Shown one piece after another: positions 48,859-57,906 of a stretch of 64,000 bases of DNA. Within the stretch, counting starts at the first letter, position 1; each line of letters begins with the position of its first letter. Source of the DNA: a virus (Duplodnaviria > Caudoviricetes); IMG/VR virus record IMGVR_UViG_3300009685_000011, positions 14,767 to 78,766 of that record; one strand, written 5' to 3'. Below the pieces are notes generated by a model. That model was not told the origin of the DNA and searched no databases. It saw only the letters and a list, made by a program, of their open reading frames with translations. The translations under genes were made by a program, and so were the position numbers.

Positions 48859-49564
48859 CGATTAAAACTTTAAGTATTTCTTTAGTAGGGGTACCTTTTG
48901 GAATTTGACCACATCTTGACCACTTATCAAAATGGTCACAATATTCCCATAAAATATTATTACAGCCATTTTGATACCCTCTAAAAGAATTTTTATGGGA
49001 AGAAAACCCTACTCGTTTATCATGTCCATAAGCAATAGCAAATTCTCCTTCTTCTTCTCCATAGATCCTGTGAGGATTTGTATTCCATACTTGAACCAAA
49101 AAACCATTGTCTCTAAGAACATCTACTAAGTTTTTAGAATATTCGCAACTTTGGAAGTTGTTATAGAAAGATAGGTGGCTAATTTTATAGTTTGGATCAA
49201 ATGTATTTTCCTTTCTGACTTTATACTCATATCGTGTATCTACATTTTTATAAGCGTAATACCATCCTGTATCGAACATAATAGATGTTCCCACAGGGAT
49301 GTTTTTACACTTGGAAATACGACGCATAAAAGACTTCAGAGAAGAAGATTTTTTACTATATAGTCTACAGACTTTATAATAATTTAAAGCACCTTCTTCG
49401 TATCTACTGTCAGTATAAAAGCAAGGCTGTCCTTGATGAAGTTTTTTATTTTCTTCATCAGGATTGAATACAAAGTCGTGAGACTTGCAATAATGGTATC
49501 CTTTGATTTCTATATAGTTAAATCGGTGGTTTTGTCGAGAACCCTTAGGTGCCAAATGTCCCAT
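48851..49564 (-). CDS. Hypothetical protein (start reassigned to ATG 49564)
   Basis: ATG overlaps the upstream TAA (TAATG); aromatic/Cys-rich. Confidence 0.65.
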   Translation of the reverse strand: MGHLAPKGSRQNHRFNYIEIKGYHYCKSHDFVFNPDEENKKLHQGQPCFYTDSRYEEGALNYYKVCRLYSKKSSSLKSFMRRISKCKNIPVGTSIMFDTGWYYAYKNVDTRYEYKVRKENTFDPNYKISHLSFYNNFQSCEYSKNLVDVLRDNGFLVQVWNTNPHRIYGEEEGEFAIAYGHDKRVGFSSHKNSFRGYQNGCNNILWEYCDHFDKWSRCGQIPKGTPTKEILKVLIGG

Positions 49565-49818
49565 TAATTCAACGGTCTGCTTAAGTGATGAATAATTCCT
49601 AAATCTTTTTGAGGAATACGAAAACCTATTGTACTTCCGTTTGGCTCTGTATATACAAAAGCCATATCTACGTATACATACTCGCATTTAACAAGCGAGT
49701 ATAAAAGTTTTTCAGGAATATCTTTTGGACTGGTATTATCTAAAGAAAGAACATTGTAAGTTCTTCCCCCCGCTACTTCCGAAGCAGGAATTTTTTCAAT
49801 AAGACCTTCGTCAACCAT
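49564..49818 (-). CDS. Hypothetical protein
   Basis: Intact coupled ORF. Confidence 0.6.
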   Translation of the reverse strand: MVDEGLIEKIPASEVAGGRTYNVLSLDNTSPKDIPEKLLYSLVKCEYVYVDMAFVYTEPNGSTIGFRIPQKDLGIIHHLSRPLN

Positions 49819-49842
49819 ATCAATTTATTTAGAAAGTTTAAC

Positions 49843-50046
49843 TTAATCATAAAGTGCAATTGCCGCAAGTGTTCCTAACAAAGAAATAAGCGCCATGATA
49901 AAAGGAATCCCGCTATAAGGATTTAGTTCATCACAAAGAACAGGATCAAGTGACATTTTCTTACGCTCTTTATACCACAGTATGAAAGAGCCGATAGAGA
50001 AAGACCACATTATTAGTGTACCAAAGATAAAGATGTAATTGTTCAT
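49843..50046 (-). CDS. Small two-TM membrane protein
   Basis: Two hydrophobic helices inside the glycosylation cluster. Confidence 0.6.
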   Translation of the reverse strand: MNNYIFIFGTLIMWSFSIGSFILWYKERKKMSLDPVLCDELNPYSGIPFIMALISLLGTLAAIALYD

Positions 50047-50666
50047 TTATAAAAGATCATTAAAGTGTTACGAAACCAAGGTGCGTTATCATCAACATTT
50101 TGACGTGCCTCTCTTGTAAGTCCTTCCAGAAAAAGAAAACCTTTTTCTTTAAGCATTTCTATAACTTCTTCGTTAGTTTTGCAATTTACATGACCATACC
50201 CATCTTGACCTGGTACAGCCCAACTAAGTACAAGATAGCCTCGACAAAGACGAGATACATTGTCAATAAGAAGGTTCTCAAATTCTTGAGGGATATGTTC
50301 TCCAACTTCCAACAGAATCACATGTCCTTTGTCAGCAAATGCTTCTGAAATAGGCTTTGTAAGATCTTGTTGGAAGATACCATCAAAAACTTTTTGAACA
50401 GGCGGATCACCTTCAAATCCTACAAGATTTGTAAAGCCATCTTTATCAAGTTGCTTGAGATATTCTCCGAGACCCGCGCCAAAGTCATAAATGCGATAGT
50501 GTTTACTTGTGTCTCCAAAACCAAAAAGACCTTTACTTATCCACTCCGCAAGTTTAGGAGAGTGTACGTGATGATTATGAGCGTTATCTCCACTCCAATA
50601 ACCTGTGTTACTGATTTTACTGTTCATTGTTTTCGTTAAATAAAAATTTACTATATGTGTTATCAA
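50043..50666 (-). CDS. Class I SAM-dependent methyltransferase (glycan-modifying type)
   Basis: YDFGAGLG motif I, LLEVGEHIP, LSWAVPGQDGYGHVN, WFRNTLMIF. Confidence 0.85.
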   Translation of the reverse strand: MITHIVNFYLTKTMNSKISNTGYWSGDNAHNHHVHSPKLAEWISKGLFGFGDTSKHYRIYDFGAGLGEYLKQLDKDGFTNLVGFEGDPPVQKVFDGIFQQDLTKPISEAFADKGHVILLEVGEHIPQEFENLLIDNVSRLCRGYLVLSWAVPGQDGYGHVNCKTNEEVIEMLKEKGFLFLEGLTREARQNVDDNAPWFRNTLMIFYK

Positions 50667-50805
50667 AATCTAATAGTGCTTTTCTTGCTATTTCAGACCC
50701 TTCCGTATTTTTAGATCCGCCACACCAAGCATTTAGTTTTATAAAATGTTGCAACAAAAGCAATCTTTGTTCCAATAATTTTTGTTTAATTGTGATTGTG
50801 TTCAT
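50617..50805 (-). CDS. Hypothetical protein
   Basis: Short coupled ORF. Confidence 0.5.
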   Translation of the reverse strand: MNTITIKQKLLEQRLLLLQHFIKLNAWCGGSKNTEGSEIARKALLDFDNTYSKFLFNENNEQ

Positions 50806-51710
50806 TGTGTTAATCTCTTTAGTTCTTCTTTAGTTATAGATTTTTCTGAAGCAATAAGGTAAATATCTAATACATCAGAGGAATAATTATACAACGATGT
50901 TACTTTAAGTATATCATGGTATATCGTAGTACGTGTAGTTTCATAATCGTACAGAAGTCTCTCCTCTATTTTTTCTCCTGGTCTTAGTCCTGTAATTTCA
51001 ATAGGACAATCAAAAGATTTAGCAACGTCCATAATTTTGACTGGTGCTCCCATATCAAATATATAAAGACCCGATTCCATTCGAGAGCAATTAATTAAAT
51101 GCCTAACTGCTTTTTCTCTTTCAATAAAGTAACGCTCCATGTCTGGATGTGTTACTGTTATTTTTCCGTCCTTGGACTGTTTTTCAAAGATTTCGTAAAC
51201 AGACCCTGAAGAACCTATAATATTTCCAAAGCGACAAATGATAAACTTTGTGGAATATCTTGAACTAATTCCCAAGATATATTTCTCACAGAGTCTTTTT
51301 GTCATTCCCATCACCGATTCAGGATAAACAGCCTTGTCTGTAGATATAAAGACAAAAGTTTTTACTCCACATAAAGTAGACTGACAAACCATGTTGATAG
51401 TTCCCCACACGTTGTTGTGAACAAATTCTTCTATGTTACTCTCTCCCAAAGGAACGTGTTTGTTTGCAGCAGTATGGTATACTGTGTGGGGCTGGTGTTG
51501 AGTAAGAACTTCCCTCACTCTGTTTTTGTCTGTGATACTACCTAAACAAATATGAAATTTGGAATCAGGATATTTTTCTCGAAGTTCTTTTTCGAGATAA
51601 AAAGCCTTTTCCTCGTTTCTGTCAAAGAGGATCAACTCATTATTCTTAATGAGTTGTTCAACAATCTCTTTTCCGATAGAACCTGTTGCTCCTGTTATTA
51701 GTATTTTCAT
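50802..51710 (-). CDS. Nucleotide-sugar 4,6-dehydratase (CapD/PglF/PseB-like)
   Basis: ITGATGSIG, HTAANKHVP, NNVWGT, ISTDKAV.P..VMG.TKR, RFGNIIGSSGSV, THPDMERYF, GLRPGEKIEE. Lacks the N-terminal membrane domain of full CapD. Confidence 0.92.
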   Translation of the reverse strand: MKILITGATGSIGKEIVEQLIKNNELILFDRNEEKAFYLEKELREKYPDSKFHICLGSITDKNRVREVLTQHQPHTVYHTAANKHVPLGESNIEEFVHNNVWGTINMVCQSTLCGVKTFVFISTDKAVYPESVMGMTKRLCEKYILGISSRYSTKFIICRFGNIIGSSGSVYEIFEKQSKDGKITVTHPDMERYFIEREKAVRHLINCSRMESGLYIFDMGAPVKIMDVAKSFDCPIEITGLRPGEKIEERLLYDYETTRTTIYHDILKVTSLYNYSSDVLDIYLIASEKSITKEELKRLTQ

Positions 51711-52354
51711 TTATAAGTTGATTGTCCATCACCTGTATGAGTACAAGCAGGATTATTAAGCAATACGGCTTTGTAGCCTTGTTCAGAAGCCACCAAATTA
51801 CATTCGTGTTCACTTAGTACGGAATTGCTTCCGTGTTTATTGTACACATTAAAACCTAATGGAAACATACGTTTATAATCACTAAGTCTGCGAAGTCCGG
51901 GGTTAAATGAAAACCCGCACCAGTCTCCATAATGAGACGGTTTTATTTCTTTGTAATACCCATAGTCAACATTTACAAACCAATCTTTAGGAATACCCTT
52001 TCGAATCCACACCTGATGAATATCAGGACGTTCTTCAAGAACTTTCACAGACTCTTCCATAAAGTTCTTATTGCCAGAGAAATACCAGTCGTCCTCGCAA
52101 TGAAACACCAAACTGGTATCCACCAAAGCATAGAGTTTATCTATACTTGCAAGAAGTCCTGATCTATTACTTTTGAGTATTTCGATAAAAGGATATTTTT
52201 CTTGTATTAACTCGCAAATTCTTTCATTTCCTGAATCTTCATGTAGAATAAATCTTTCTATGGGATATTTATTCAGGTTTAAAAAACTATTTAAAGTTGC
52301 TTGTAAAAGATTCCAACGATTGCACGACGTAAGGCAGAATGTAACTTTTTTCAT
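51707..52354 (-). CDS. GT-A (GT2-like) glycosyltransferase
   Basis: LTSCNR..LL..TL.SF, HEDSG, FHCEDDW (DxD-like), FSFNPGLRR. Confidence 0.8.
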   Translation of the reverse strand: MKKVTFCLTSCNRWNLLQATLNSFLNLNKYPIERFILHEDSGNERICELIQEKYPFIEILKSNRSGLLASIDKLYALVDTSLVFHCEDDWYFSGNKNFMEESVKVLEERPDIHQVWIRKGIPKDWFVNVDYGYYKEIKPSHYGDWCGFSFNPGLRRLSDYKRMFPLGFNVYNKHGSNSVLSEHECNLVASEQGYKAVLLNNPACTHTGDGQSTYK

Positions 52355-53077
52355 CTATCTTACTTGTTTTAACTCAGGATGAGTTTGATAGTATATATAA
52401 TTATGTCTTATAACTTCTTCACTATCAAGGTAATGGATTCCCCAAGAGTGTTGTAGATTTTTTTGAGACAATCTTTTTCCAAACTCAAGATGTCTTTTGA
52501 CCATATAATCTACGTCAATAGATTTAAAATGATACATTTTATAAACAGTTTCGCTGTATTTAATCTTACCTATAGGAGAACTACTATGACACCCCGCAGA
52601 AAAGTTTATTTCAGATATATAATCTTTATTGTATATATAATTTTTGTCGTATTGGAACGCTCTTGAACCAAATATAATTTGGTTTATCTCAAGTTTTGGA
52701 TTAGGTTCTGTGTTTATCATATTCCATCCCTCAAATTTAATCATTGTGGAACCTAATTTCTGCTCATACCTAAGATGATCTTCGTTTATATCTACTAATT
52801 CGTCTATATCTCCTACAAATACAAATGGAGTAGTTGCTGTTTTCCAACAATTATTTTTGATTTCAAGATAAAGGTCATCTCGAATTTCATTGTTGGAATC
52901 ATAATCTATGATTTCACAATTATTATCTACTGCGATCTGTCTTGTATTATCAGTAGACATGTTATCATATAGTACAATTCTACAATCAGGAAATCTTGTG
53001 CGATACCACTCAATGAAGTGCGGTAACATCACTTCTTCATTGTAGCAAATACTATAAATCGTAATTAAATTATTCAT
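52355..53077 (-). CDS. GT-A (GT2-like) glycosyltransferase
   Basis: YNEEVMLPHFIEWY, LYDNMSTDNT, VGDIDE (DxD), AGCH, YHFK. Confidence 0.8.
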   Translation of the reverse strand: MNNLITIYSICYNEEVMLPHFIEWYRTRFPDCRIVLYDNMSTDNTRQIAVDNNCEIIDYDSNNEIRDDLYLEIKNNCWKTATTPFVFVGDIDELVDINEDHLRYEQKLGSTMIKFEGWNMINTEPNPKLEINQIIFGSRAFQYDKNYIYNKDYISEINFSAGCHSSSPIGKIKYSETVYKMYHFKSIDVDYMVKRHLEFGKRLSQKNLQHSWGIHYLDSEEVIRHNYIYYQTHPELKQVR

Positions 53078-53092
53078 TTTATATTTTTTCGT

Positions 53093-53458
53093 TTATTTTG
53101 CAATCTCTACGTTTGTAGGAATATTACCATAAAATATAGATTCTGTATCTTCATTTATGATAACAAGTTTATTTATTTTCGGATAGTAAAATACTACTCG
53201 ATCTTGATAGGAAGACATTAGAAATCCTGCTCCTATTTGCCATTCTACCATTACTTTAGCAAGACAAGTTTCAAGTCCAGACTCTTGCAGTTTGCTTTTT
53301 ATTTCCACCCAATGTTCAGTAACATTAATTACCATTTTTACATGGTAAATACGTACTGTTTCGTTGTCTGTAATCGTTTGAAAATAACTATCGTAAGTAG
53401 TGGATAGTTGTCCAAACGATAGTAGTGGCAAAAATAGAAATAAAAATATATATTTCAT
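53093..53458 (-). CDS. Secreted protein
   Basis: MKYIFLFLFLPLLSFG-Q signal peptide. Confidence 0.65.
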   Translation of the reverse strand: MKYIFLFLFLPLLSFGQLSTTYDSYFQTITDNETVRIYHVKMVINVTEHWVEIKSKLQESGLETCLAKVMVEWQIGAGFLMSSYQDRVVFYYPKINKLVIINEDTESIFYGNIPTNVEIAK

Positions 53459-53835
53459 TAAAATTTGTTATTAAATAATGGTTGAATAAAATCTTTCCAT
53501 TTTTCATAAAGAGTTTTTGTTTGCTCATTTAGAAACTCTTTGTTTTGTTTTAAAAGTTTTGGGGTTTGTGTATGAATGTGGTAGCGAGAGACTTCTAAAT
53601 TTAAGTCACTAATAATATCCCCATTAATAGTTCTTTCAGTTGTAAGTATGGTTAACAAATAAGGAAGACTGTTTTGGTCTCTTGCGATAATAGTTAAAAT
53701 AATTTTAACTTTATCTTCTTCAGACAAATAAGGTTGTTCAAGAGTCTCTTTAATTAGTTTTAAATCCATTTTAAATTTATAATTTGACAAATTTAAAAAT
53801 AAGGAAGGAAACGCTATTACAACGTCTCCTTCCAT
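53458..53835 (-). CDS. Hypothetical protein (true start likely MDLKLIK)
   Basis: Intact ORF. Confidence 0.6.
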   Translation of the reverse strand: MEGDVVIAFPSLFLNLSNYKFKMDLKLIKETLEQPYLSEEDKVKIILTIIARDQNSLPYLLTILTTERTINGDIISDLNLEVSRYHIHTQTPKLLKQNKEFLNEQTKTLYEKWKDFIQPLFNNKF

Positions 53836-53846
53836 CCAAGTAATCC

Positions 53847-54359
53847 CTATGCCATAGCGGTTTCAGCAGTGATTTCCGCCATATTTTCTTCTTCAAGAGA
53901 ATTTTCGTCAAATTCTACTCCAGTATTAATAAAAGGAGTAGAGTTTTGGTCGATGGCTTTATCAAGTCCCATCAAAGACTCGACACTACTATCAGTAAGA
54001 AAATTTATTCCGTTTTCACGAACTTTATCTGCTACTACCTCGGTGACAGTCGCAAAAAGTGCATTCAGTTGTGTATCAGTTAGACTGTATACCGTGTCAA
54101 GAAATTCATCTTGGCATACTTTCGATGAGATCGGAAGAATTTCCTTTCTTCCTTTTGGGAGAAGTTTACCACCGTCTGTGATAAATTTTTCACGGACAAG
54201 CATTTCTACTTGCGATTTAATCCTTCGCTCTTGACAATTGTATAGTGTAAGAATTTGCTGCTCTACCACTTTGGCTTCAGCAGTCATTTCTTTTTTCATA
54301 TAGTAATTATGTGCAGCAACCAAGTTCAGCAATGCACTGGCAATATTAGTAATAATCAT
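53847..54359 (-). CDS. Hypothetical protein with acidic tail
   Basis: Intact 170-aa ORF. Confidence 0.65.
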   Translation of the reverse strand: MIITNIASALLNLVAAHNYYMKKEMTAEAKVVEQQILTLYNCQERRIKSQVEMLVREKFITDGGKLLPKGRKEILPISSKVCQDEFLDTVYSLTDTQLNALFATVTEVVADKVRENGINFLTDSSVESLMGLDKAIDQNSTPFINTGVEFDENSLEEENMAEITAETAMA

Positions 54360-54372
54360 ATAAAGTAAATTA

Positions 54373-54399
54373 AAGGGGAGATTTGACTAATCTCCCCTT
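54373..54399 (-). terminator. Intrinsic terminator-like hairpin
   Basis: 11-bp inverted repeat aaggggagatt/aatctcccctt just downstream of the 157-aa gene. Confidence 0.7.
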
Positions 54400-54410
54400 G
54401 TTATTAAAAT

Positions 54411-54884
54411 TTAGAACTCTCCTTCATCTTCAGCACCTGCTGCTACAGCAGACTGGATTTTAGGAGTACTTACTTTTACAATATTTGCGGTTGGTTGACC
54501 GTGTTCATCCACAACGCAGGCACCTTGATTTTTCAATTGGTTATTAGCCACTGTAATACCATTTTCACCTCTAAATACAACCCCCGTCCAGGTGTTAACA
54601 GTATTTTCTCCAATTTTATATTGAGTTGTATTATAGGTCTCAATAGACCCGTCGACCAATACTCCTGGCGTACACTCTCCGAAGAGAGCATCCGCTTTAA
54701 TTACTCTCCCGTCGGGAAGACGATTTGCTTCCCACAAATTACGAGAACGTGTTTGAGTGGTCTTTACAGGACGATCACCCAAAAACTTAATGAGACGAAA
54801 GGTAATTTTTTGAAATTGACGACCATCTTTGGCCTTATCAGTTTCTACAGCGGTTACTTCGAGAAAAGATTCTACTTTTGACAT
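54411..54884 (-). CDS. Putative single-stranded DNA-binding protein (OB-fold-like, acidic C-terminal F)
   Basis: Beta-rich core with aromatic residues and C-terminal AEDEGEF tail; own terminator suggests high expression. Confidence 0.6.
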   Translation of the reverse strand: MSKVESFLEVTAVETDKAKDGRQFQKITFRLIKFLGDRPVKTTQTRSRNLWEANRLPDGRVIKADALFGECTPGVLVDGSIETYNTTQYKIGENTVNTWTGVVFRGENGITVANNQLKNQGACVVDEHGQPTANIVKVSTPKIQSAVAAGAEDEGEF

Positions 54885-54908
54885 ATTGAAAAAAATTTAG
54901 AAATGACA

Positions 54909-55133
54909 TTATTTATAGCGCACCCACTTGTTGTCATTCCAGTTGTGATGATTTAAAATGACAACTCTTACAGATCCACCTCCTACAACGTAGGGTGTAG
55001 AAATTTCTGTGTAATAAGGGGATTTCTTTACGATTGTACAAGGAGTATCCATAAACGAAATATCTCCTCTGTCGTTTGGGGCAGATCTTATTAGCATATC
55101 CCCCGGTTTAATATATCTTGAAGAAAGTTTCAT
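54909..55133 (-). CDS. Hypothetical protein
   Basis: Intact ORF. Confidence 0.55.
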   Translation of the reverse strand: MKLSSRYIKPGDMLIRSAPNDRGDISFMDTPCTIVKKSPYYTEISTPYVVGGGSVRVVILNHHNWNDNKWVRYK

Positions 55134-55158
55134 ATTTATCTTTAAGTTTTAAAATAAT

Positions 55159-55191
55159 AAAAAACCCTCCCTGACTTTCGTCAAAGAGGGT
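55159..55191 (-). terminator. Intrinsic terminator
   Basis: Minus strand ACCCTCTTTGAC-GAAA-GTCAGGGAGGGT-TTTTT with GNRA loop. Confidence 0.8.
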
Positions 55192-55389
55192 CACTTTGCT
55201 AACCAAATCGTTCACTTTTATTCTTTAGGCAGAGGTGTATTGGAGTATTTCCACCCAAAGATAAAACCTCCAGTTACCAATGCCGACAAACTTATACTAT
55301 ACGTTAGGTATTCTCTGACTGTCCAGCCCTCTTCAAACCACATGATAAGCAAAGCCAGCCATATCAGAGATATGTACCACATAAAAAGT

Positions 55390-55755
55390 TTATTCATCTT
55401 TCATAGAGTTTAGCAAAATTACATCTTCTGCAATAATAAATACAAATCCTTCCAACCAACGATCTTGATTGAAGAGGTCATAAGATTTAATCCACTTGCA
55501 GTCTTGTGAATAGTTAAGCACGTAAGTAAACCCACCAAACTGCACTTCTGTACAGTTATTATAGTGGATTACTTTATCTGTATAAACAGGCTCCGAATAC
55601 TCACAAGGGTACTCGAAAAGGAAATCTCCGCAGTTATCGAACATGACAACTGGTTCTCCCTCATTAGAAGGAGAAATAAGAGAAAAGGGTTGTGTCTGTC
55701 CAATACAAACAAACCACGTCAGGATGAAAAACGGGATGCTGATATATTTTTTCAT
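55390..55755 (-). CDS. Secreted protein
   Basis: MKKYISIPFFILTWFVCIG-Q signal peptide; TAnnTTTG box upstream. Confidence 0.65.
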   Translation of the reverse strand: MKKYISIPFFILTWFVCIGQTQPFSLISPSNEGEPVVMFDNCGDFLFEYPCEYSEPVYTDKVIHYNNCTEVQFGGFTYVLNYSQDCKWIKSYDLFNQDRWLEGFVFIIAEDVILLNSMKDE

Positions 55756-55795
55756 TGTTTAAGTTTGTTGATTACTTCTTGAATAAAGATTTGTA

Positions 55796-55803
55796 CAAAC
55801 GTA
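55796..55803 (-). promoter_or_regulatory. Bacteroidota-type -7 promoter box (TACGTTTG)
   Basis: Exact TAnnTTTG match in an intergenic region about 40 nt upstream of the ATG at 55755. Confidence 0.5.
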
Positions 55804-55906
55804 TTGCATGATTTTTTAATTTTCTTGAAATAAATATTTATTTATGCTTTGCTCACACTCGCTAAAAGTATATAAAATTTCATCTCTTTTAGTTTTTTAA
55901 ACAACG

Positions 55907-55983
55907 TGACCCTGGCAGGGGTCGAACCTGCATTTTCATCCATTACACTGATCCACCTTAGAACGATGGTGTGATACAGGGCC
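55907..55983 (-). ncRNA. Aberrant tRNA-like RNA (77 nt) with canonical acceptor and T arms
   Basis: Acceptor GGCCCTG/CAGGGTC plus A73; T arm GCAGG-TTCGACC-CCTGC. The middle folds either as a D-armless Arg(UCU) form (CCATC-GTTCTAA-GGTGG) or as a weak Tyr(GUA) form. Confidence 0.6.
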
Positions 55984-56154
55984 GTTTTGATAATAAAAAA
56001 ATTCAAGCACACCTCATGTGTGTCTACCGTCTTCCATACATAGATTTTAACGAGCATCAACTCTGATTCTACTTAAGGGGTCATTAAGGGCTGACCATGC
56101 TTCCGTGTTCCCCTGAGGCTGGAAAATGCTTGAATACTAAATGCTCCAGCAACA

Positions 56155-56742
56155 TTAAAGGTTTTTAATAAACGCATTACTTTTAATACGTCTATTTTGA
56201 AATATTTTTAGATCTTCTCTGCTTATTACTCCATCCTTATTTTTATCTAAGGCTTTTAATCCCGGAGTGGTATTGCAGAAAATCTCTTTATGAAACCTGG
56301 AAGGAGCAAAATTAAGTGCATGTAAGTCAATACTGCATTTAATTTTTTGACTTTTTCCAGTCAACACAAGATAAGCCTCGAAGTAATCAAGGTGTTCTCT
56401 AAAAGACTTATTTCTAATATCTTTCGGAGCACCAATTAATTCCCTTGTTTGGGGGAGTAACTGGTTAAGACCTTGACTACCTAACTTATCTTGAGACTTT
56501 GTTTCTAATTTGCTTTCACACCACATTACTATAGTGGCTGCTTTAGCAAAACTGTCAGGATGAATGGAAATCACTCCCTTTGATTTGAGAGAGTGACTCC
56601 ATTCCCTTATCACTTGGTATTTCTCTTCTATGTTACTCGGTTCCTCTATTCGAGGAGAACCTAACTCCACTGTATAGGAGTTAACTTGGTACCCGAGAAT
56701 TAGAAGACTTGCGAGTATGAAGAGTATTTTCATATTCCTCAT
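56155..56742 (-). CDS. Lysozyme-fold (SLT-like) peptidoglycan hydrolase with N-terminal signal
   Basis: MWCES (catalytic Glu), GSQGLNQLLP.T, HLDYFEAY, DLHALNFAP, LDKNKDGVIS; hydrophobic N-terminus MKILFILASLLILG. Confidence 0.7.
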   Translation of the reverse strand: MRNMKILFILASLLILGYQVNSYTVELGSPRIEEPSNIEEKYQVIREWSHSLKSKGVISIHPDSFAKAATIVMWCESKLETKSQDKLGSQGLNQLLPQTRELIGAPKDIRNKSFREHLDYFEAYLVLTGKSQKIKCSIDLHALNFAPSRFHKEIFCNTTPGLKALDKNKDGVISREDLKIFQNRRIKSNAFIKNL

Positions 56743-57022
56743 ACTTTATTACTTTTTTGATTTGAGCATCAGTTAAATTAAGATATTTAACCCAATCTGA
56801 TGTTTTGTTTGATTTAAAACGATACCTCTTCTTAAATACCTTTAAGTGTTCTTTGTCTTCTATTTTTAAAAGAATAAGAACACTTACTGGTACGTTTGAT
56901 TTGAGAGCCTTACAATTGTAATAGTAATGCTCAAACTCTTGACGACTAAAATCAGGTAATGGAGAGTAAACTTCCCACAATCCAATTACAATAACCGATA
57001 ATATAAGGAAAATTCTTATCAT
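56681..57022 (-). CDS. Signal-anchored hypothetical protein
   Basis: MIRIFLILSVIVIGLW N-terminus; lies between two hydrolases. Confidence 0.6.
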   Translation of the reverse strand: MIRIFLILSVIVIGLWEVYSPLPDFSRQEFEHYYYNCKALKSNVPVSVLILLKIEDKEHLKVFKKRYRFKSNKTSDWVKYLNLTDAQIKKVIKYEEYENTLHTRKSSNSRVPS

Positions 57023-57906
57023 TGCTTTAAATAAGTGTATTTTCCTGTCATGCTTGTAATTGTATATCCCTTTAGGATATATTCGTCGAGTTTATTCAAC
57101 TTATTTTTATTGATAATAGATATAACTTTAGCAGGATACCTTGTATCAGTAGCATACCCCAAAGATTTAATTCTTTGAATTTGTCCTGACGCTGTAGTTT
57201 TTTTACCTGCACTCATATATCTTTTTTCAATAAGTTGTTCGTAATGATTCCAACCTTCTTGATAGGTAGCAAATCTAACAAATCTGTCCGAAGGATTGTC
57301 ATCATATAGTTGAACACAATGAGAAGTAATACTTCCCATTTGTTTATGACGTAATCCTTTTTTGTTAGATTTCTTACACTTACTATTTGTACATTTGATA
57401 TTACCAAGACATTTTGTTGTCTTAGTAAATGTACTTTTCCCCCACGCACTTTCAAGTCCTTTTTGAGCAATTAAAACACTTGGTTTTAAACCAGTTGTTT
57501 TGCTAATTTTATACACACGTTGAAGTACTTCATTATGTGTTAGAAATTCAAGGACTTTCGGATCAGTGATAATTTCATTAATGGCAATTGATTTACCAAT
57601 GTTTTTTTTCACTTGGGGAGTAGGTACTGCTTTAGTAAAATCTCTCACAATCCTTTTAGAAAGAGGACTTTCAATATATTTAATTTTAGTTTGAGTTACC
57701 GTTTTAATAACAGTATCTCTAACTTCAACTGGAACACATACAGTTTCTTTAGTTACCGTATGTGTGCTAAAAAACACTTTACTACACGAAGCAGTAAGAA
57801 TCAACAAGAGTACTAATACAATTAGTACTCTGTTTAATTTAATCTTAACTTCTTCCCCTCTAATAATAAGAGGAACATATTTGGTTTGACGTACTACTTT
57901 GTTCAT
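57019..57906 (-). CDS. GH73/FlgJ-like glucosaminidase with N-terminal TM/lipoprotein signal
   Basis: PSVLIAQKGLESAWGKS, LGNIK, FVRFAT, GYATDTRYPAKVISII..NKL.KLD; N-terminal VLIVLVLLLILTASC. Confidence 0.85.
   Translation of the reverse strand: MNKVVRQTKYVPLIIRGEEVKIKLNRVLIVLVLLLILTASCSKVFFSTHTVTKETVCVPVEVRDTVIKTVTQTKIKYIESPLSKRIVRDFTKAVPTPQVKKNIGKSIAINEIITDPKVLEFLTHNEVLQRVYKISKTTGLKPSVLIAQKGLESAWGKSTFTKTTKCLGNIKCTNSKCKKSNKKGLRHKQMGSITSHCVQLYDDNPSDRFVRFATYQEGWNHYEQLIEKRYMSAGKKTTASGQIQRIKSLGYATDTRYPAKVISIINKNKLNKLDEYILKGYTITSMTGKYTYLKQ

Noticed and set aside
55842-56150. tmRNA call, and the tracked 72-aa ORF 55842-56060
   Set aside because: No G3-U70 pair, the acceptor halves are only 77 nt apart, and no tag frame ending in an ALAA-like sequence; the ORF overlaps the structured RNA and looks non-coding.
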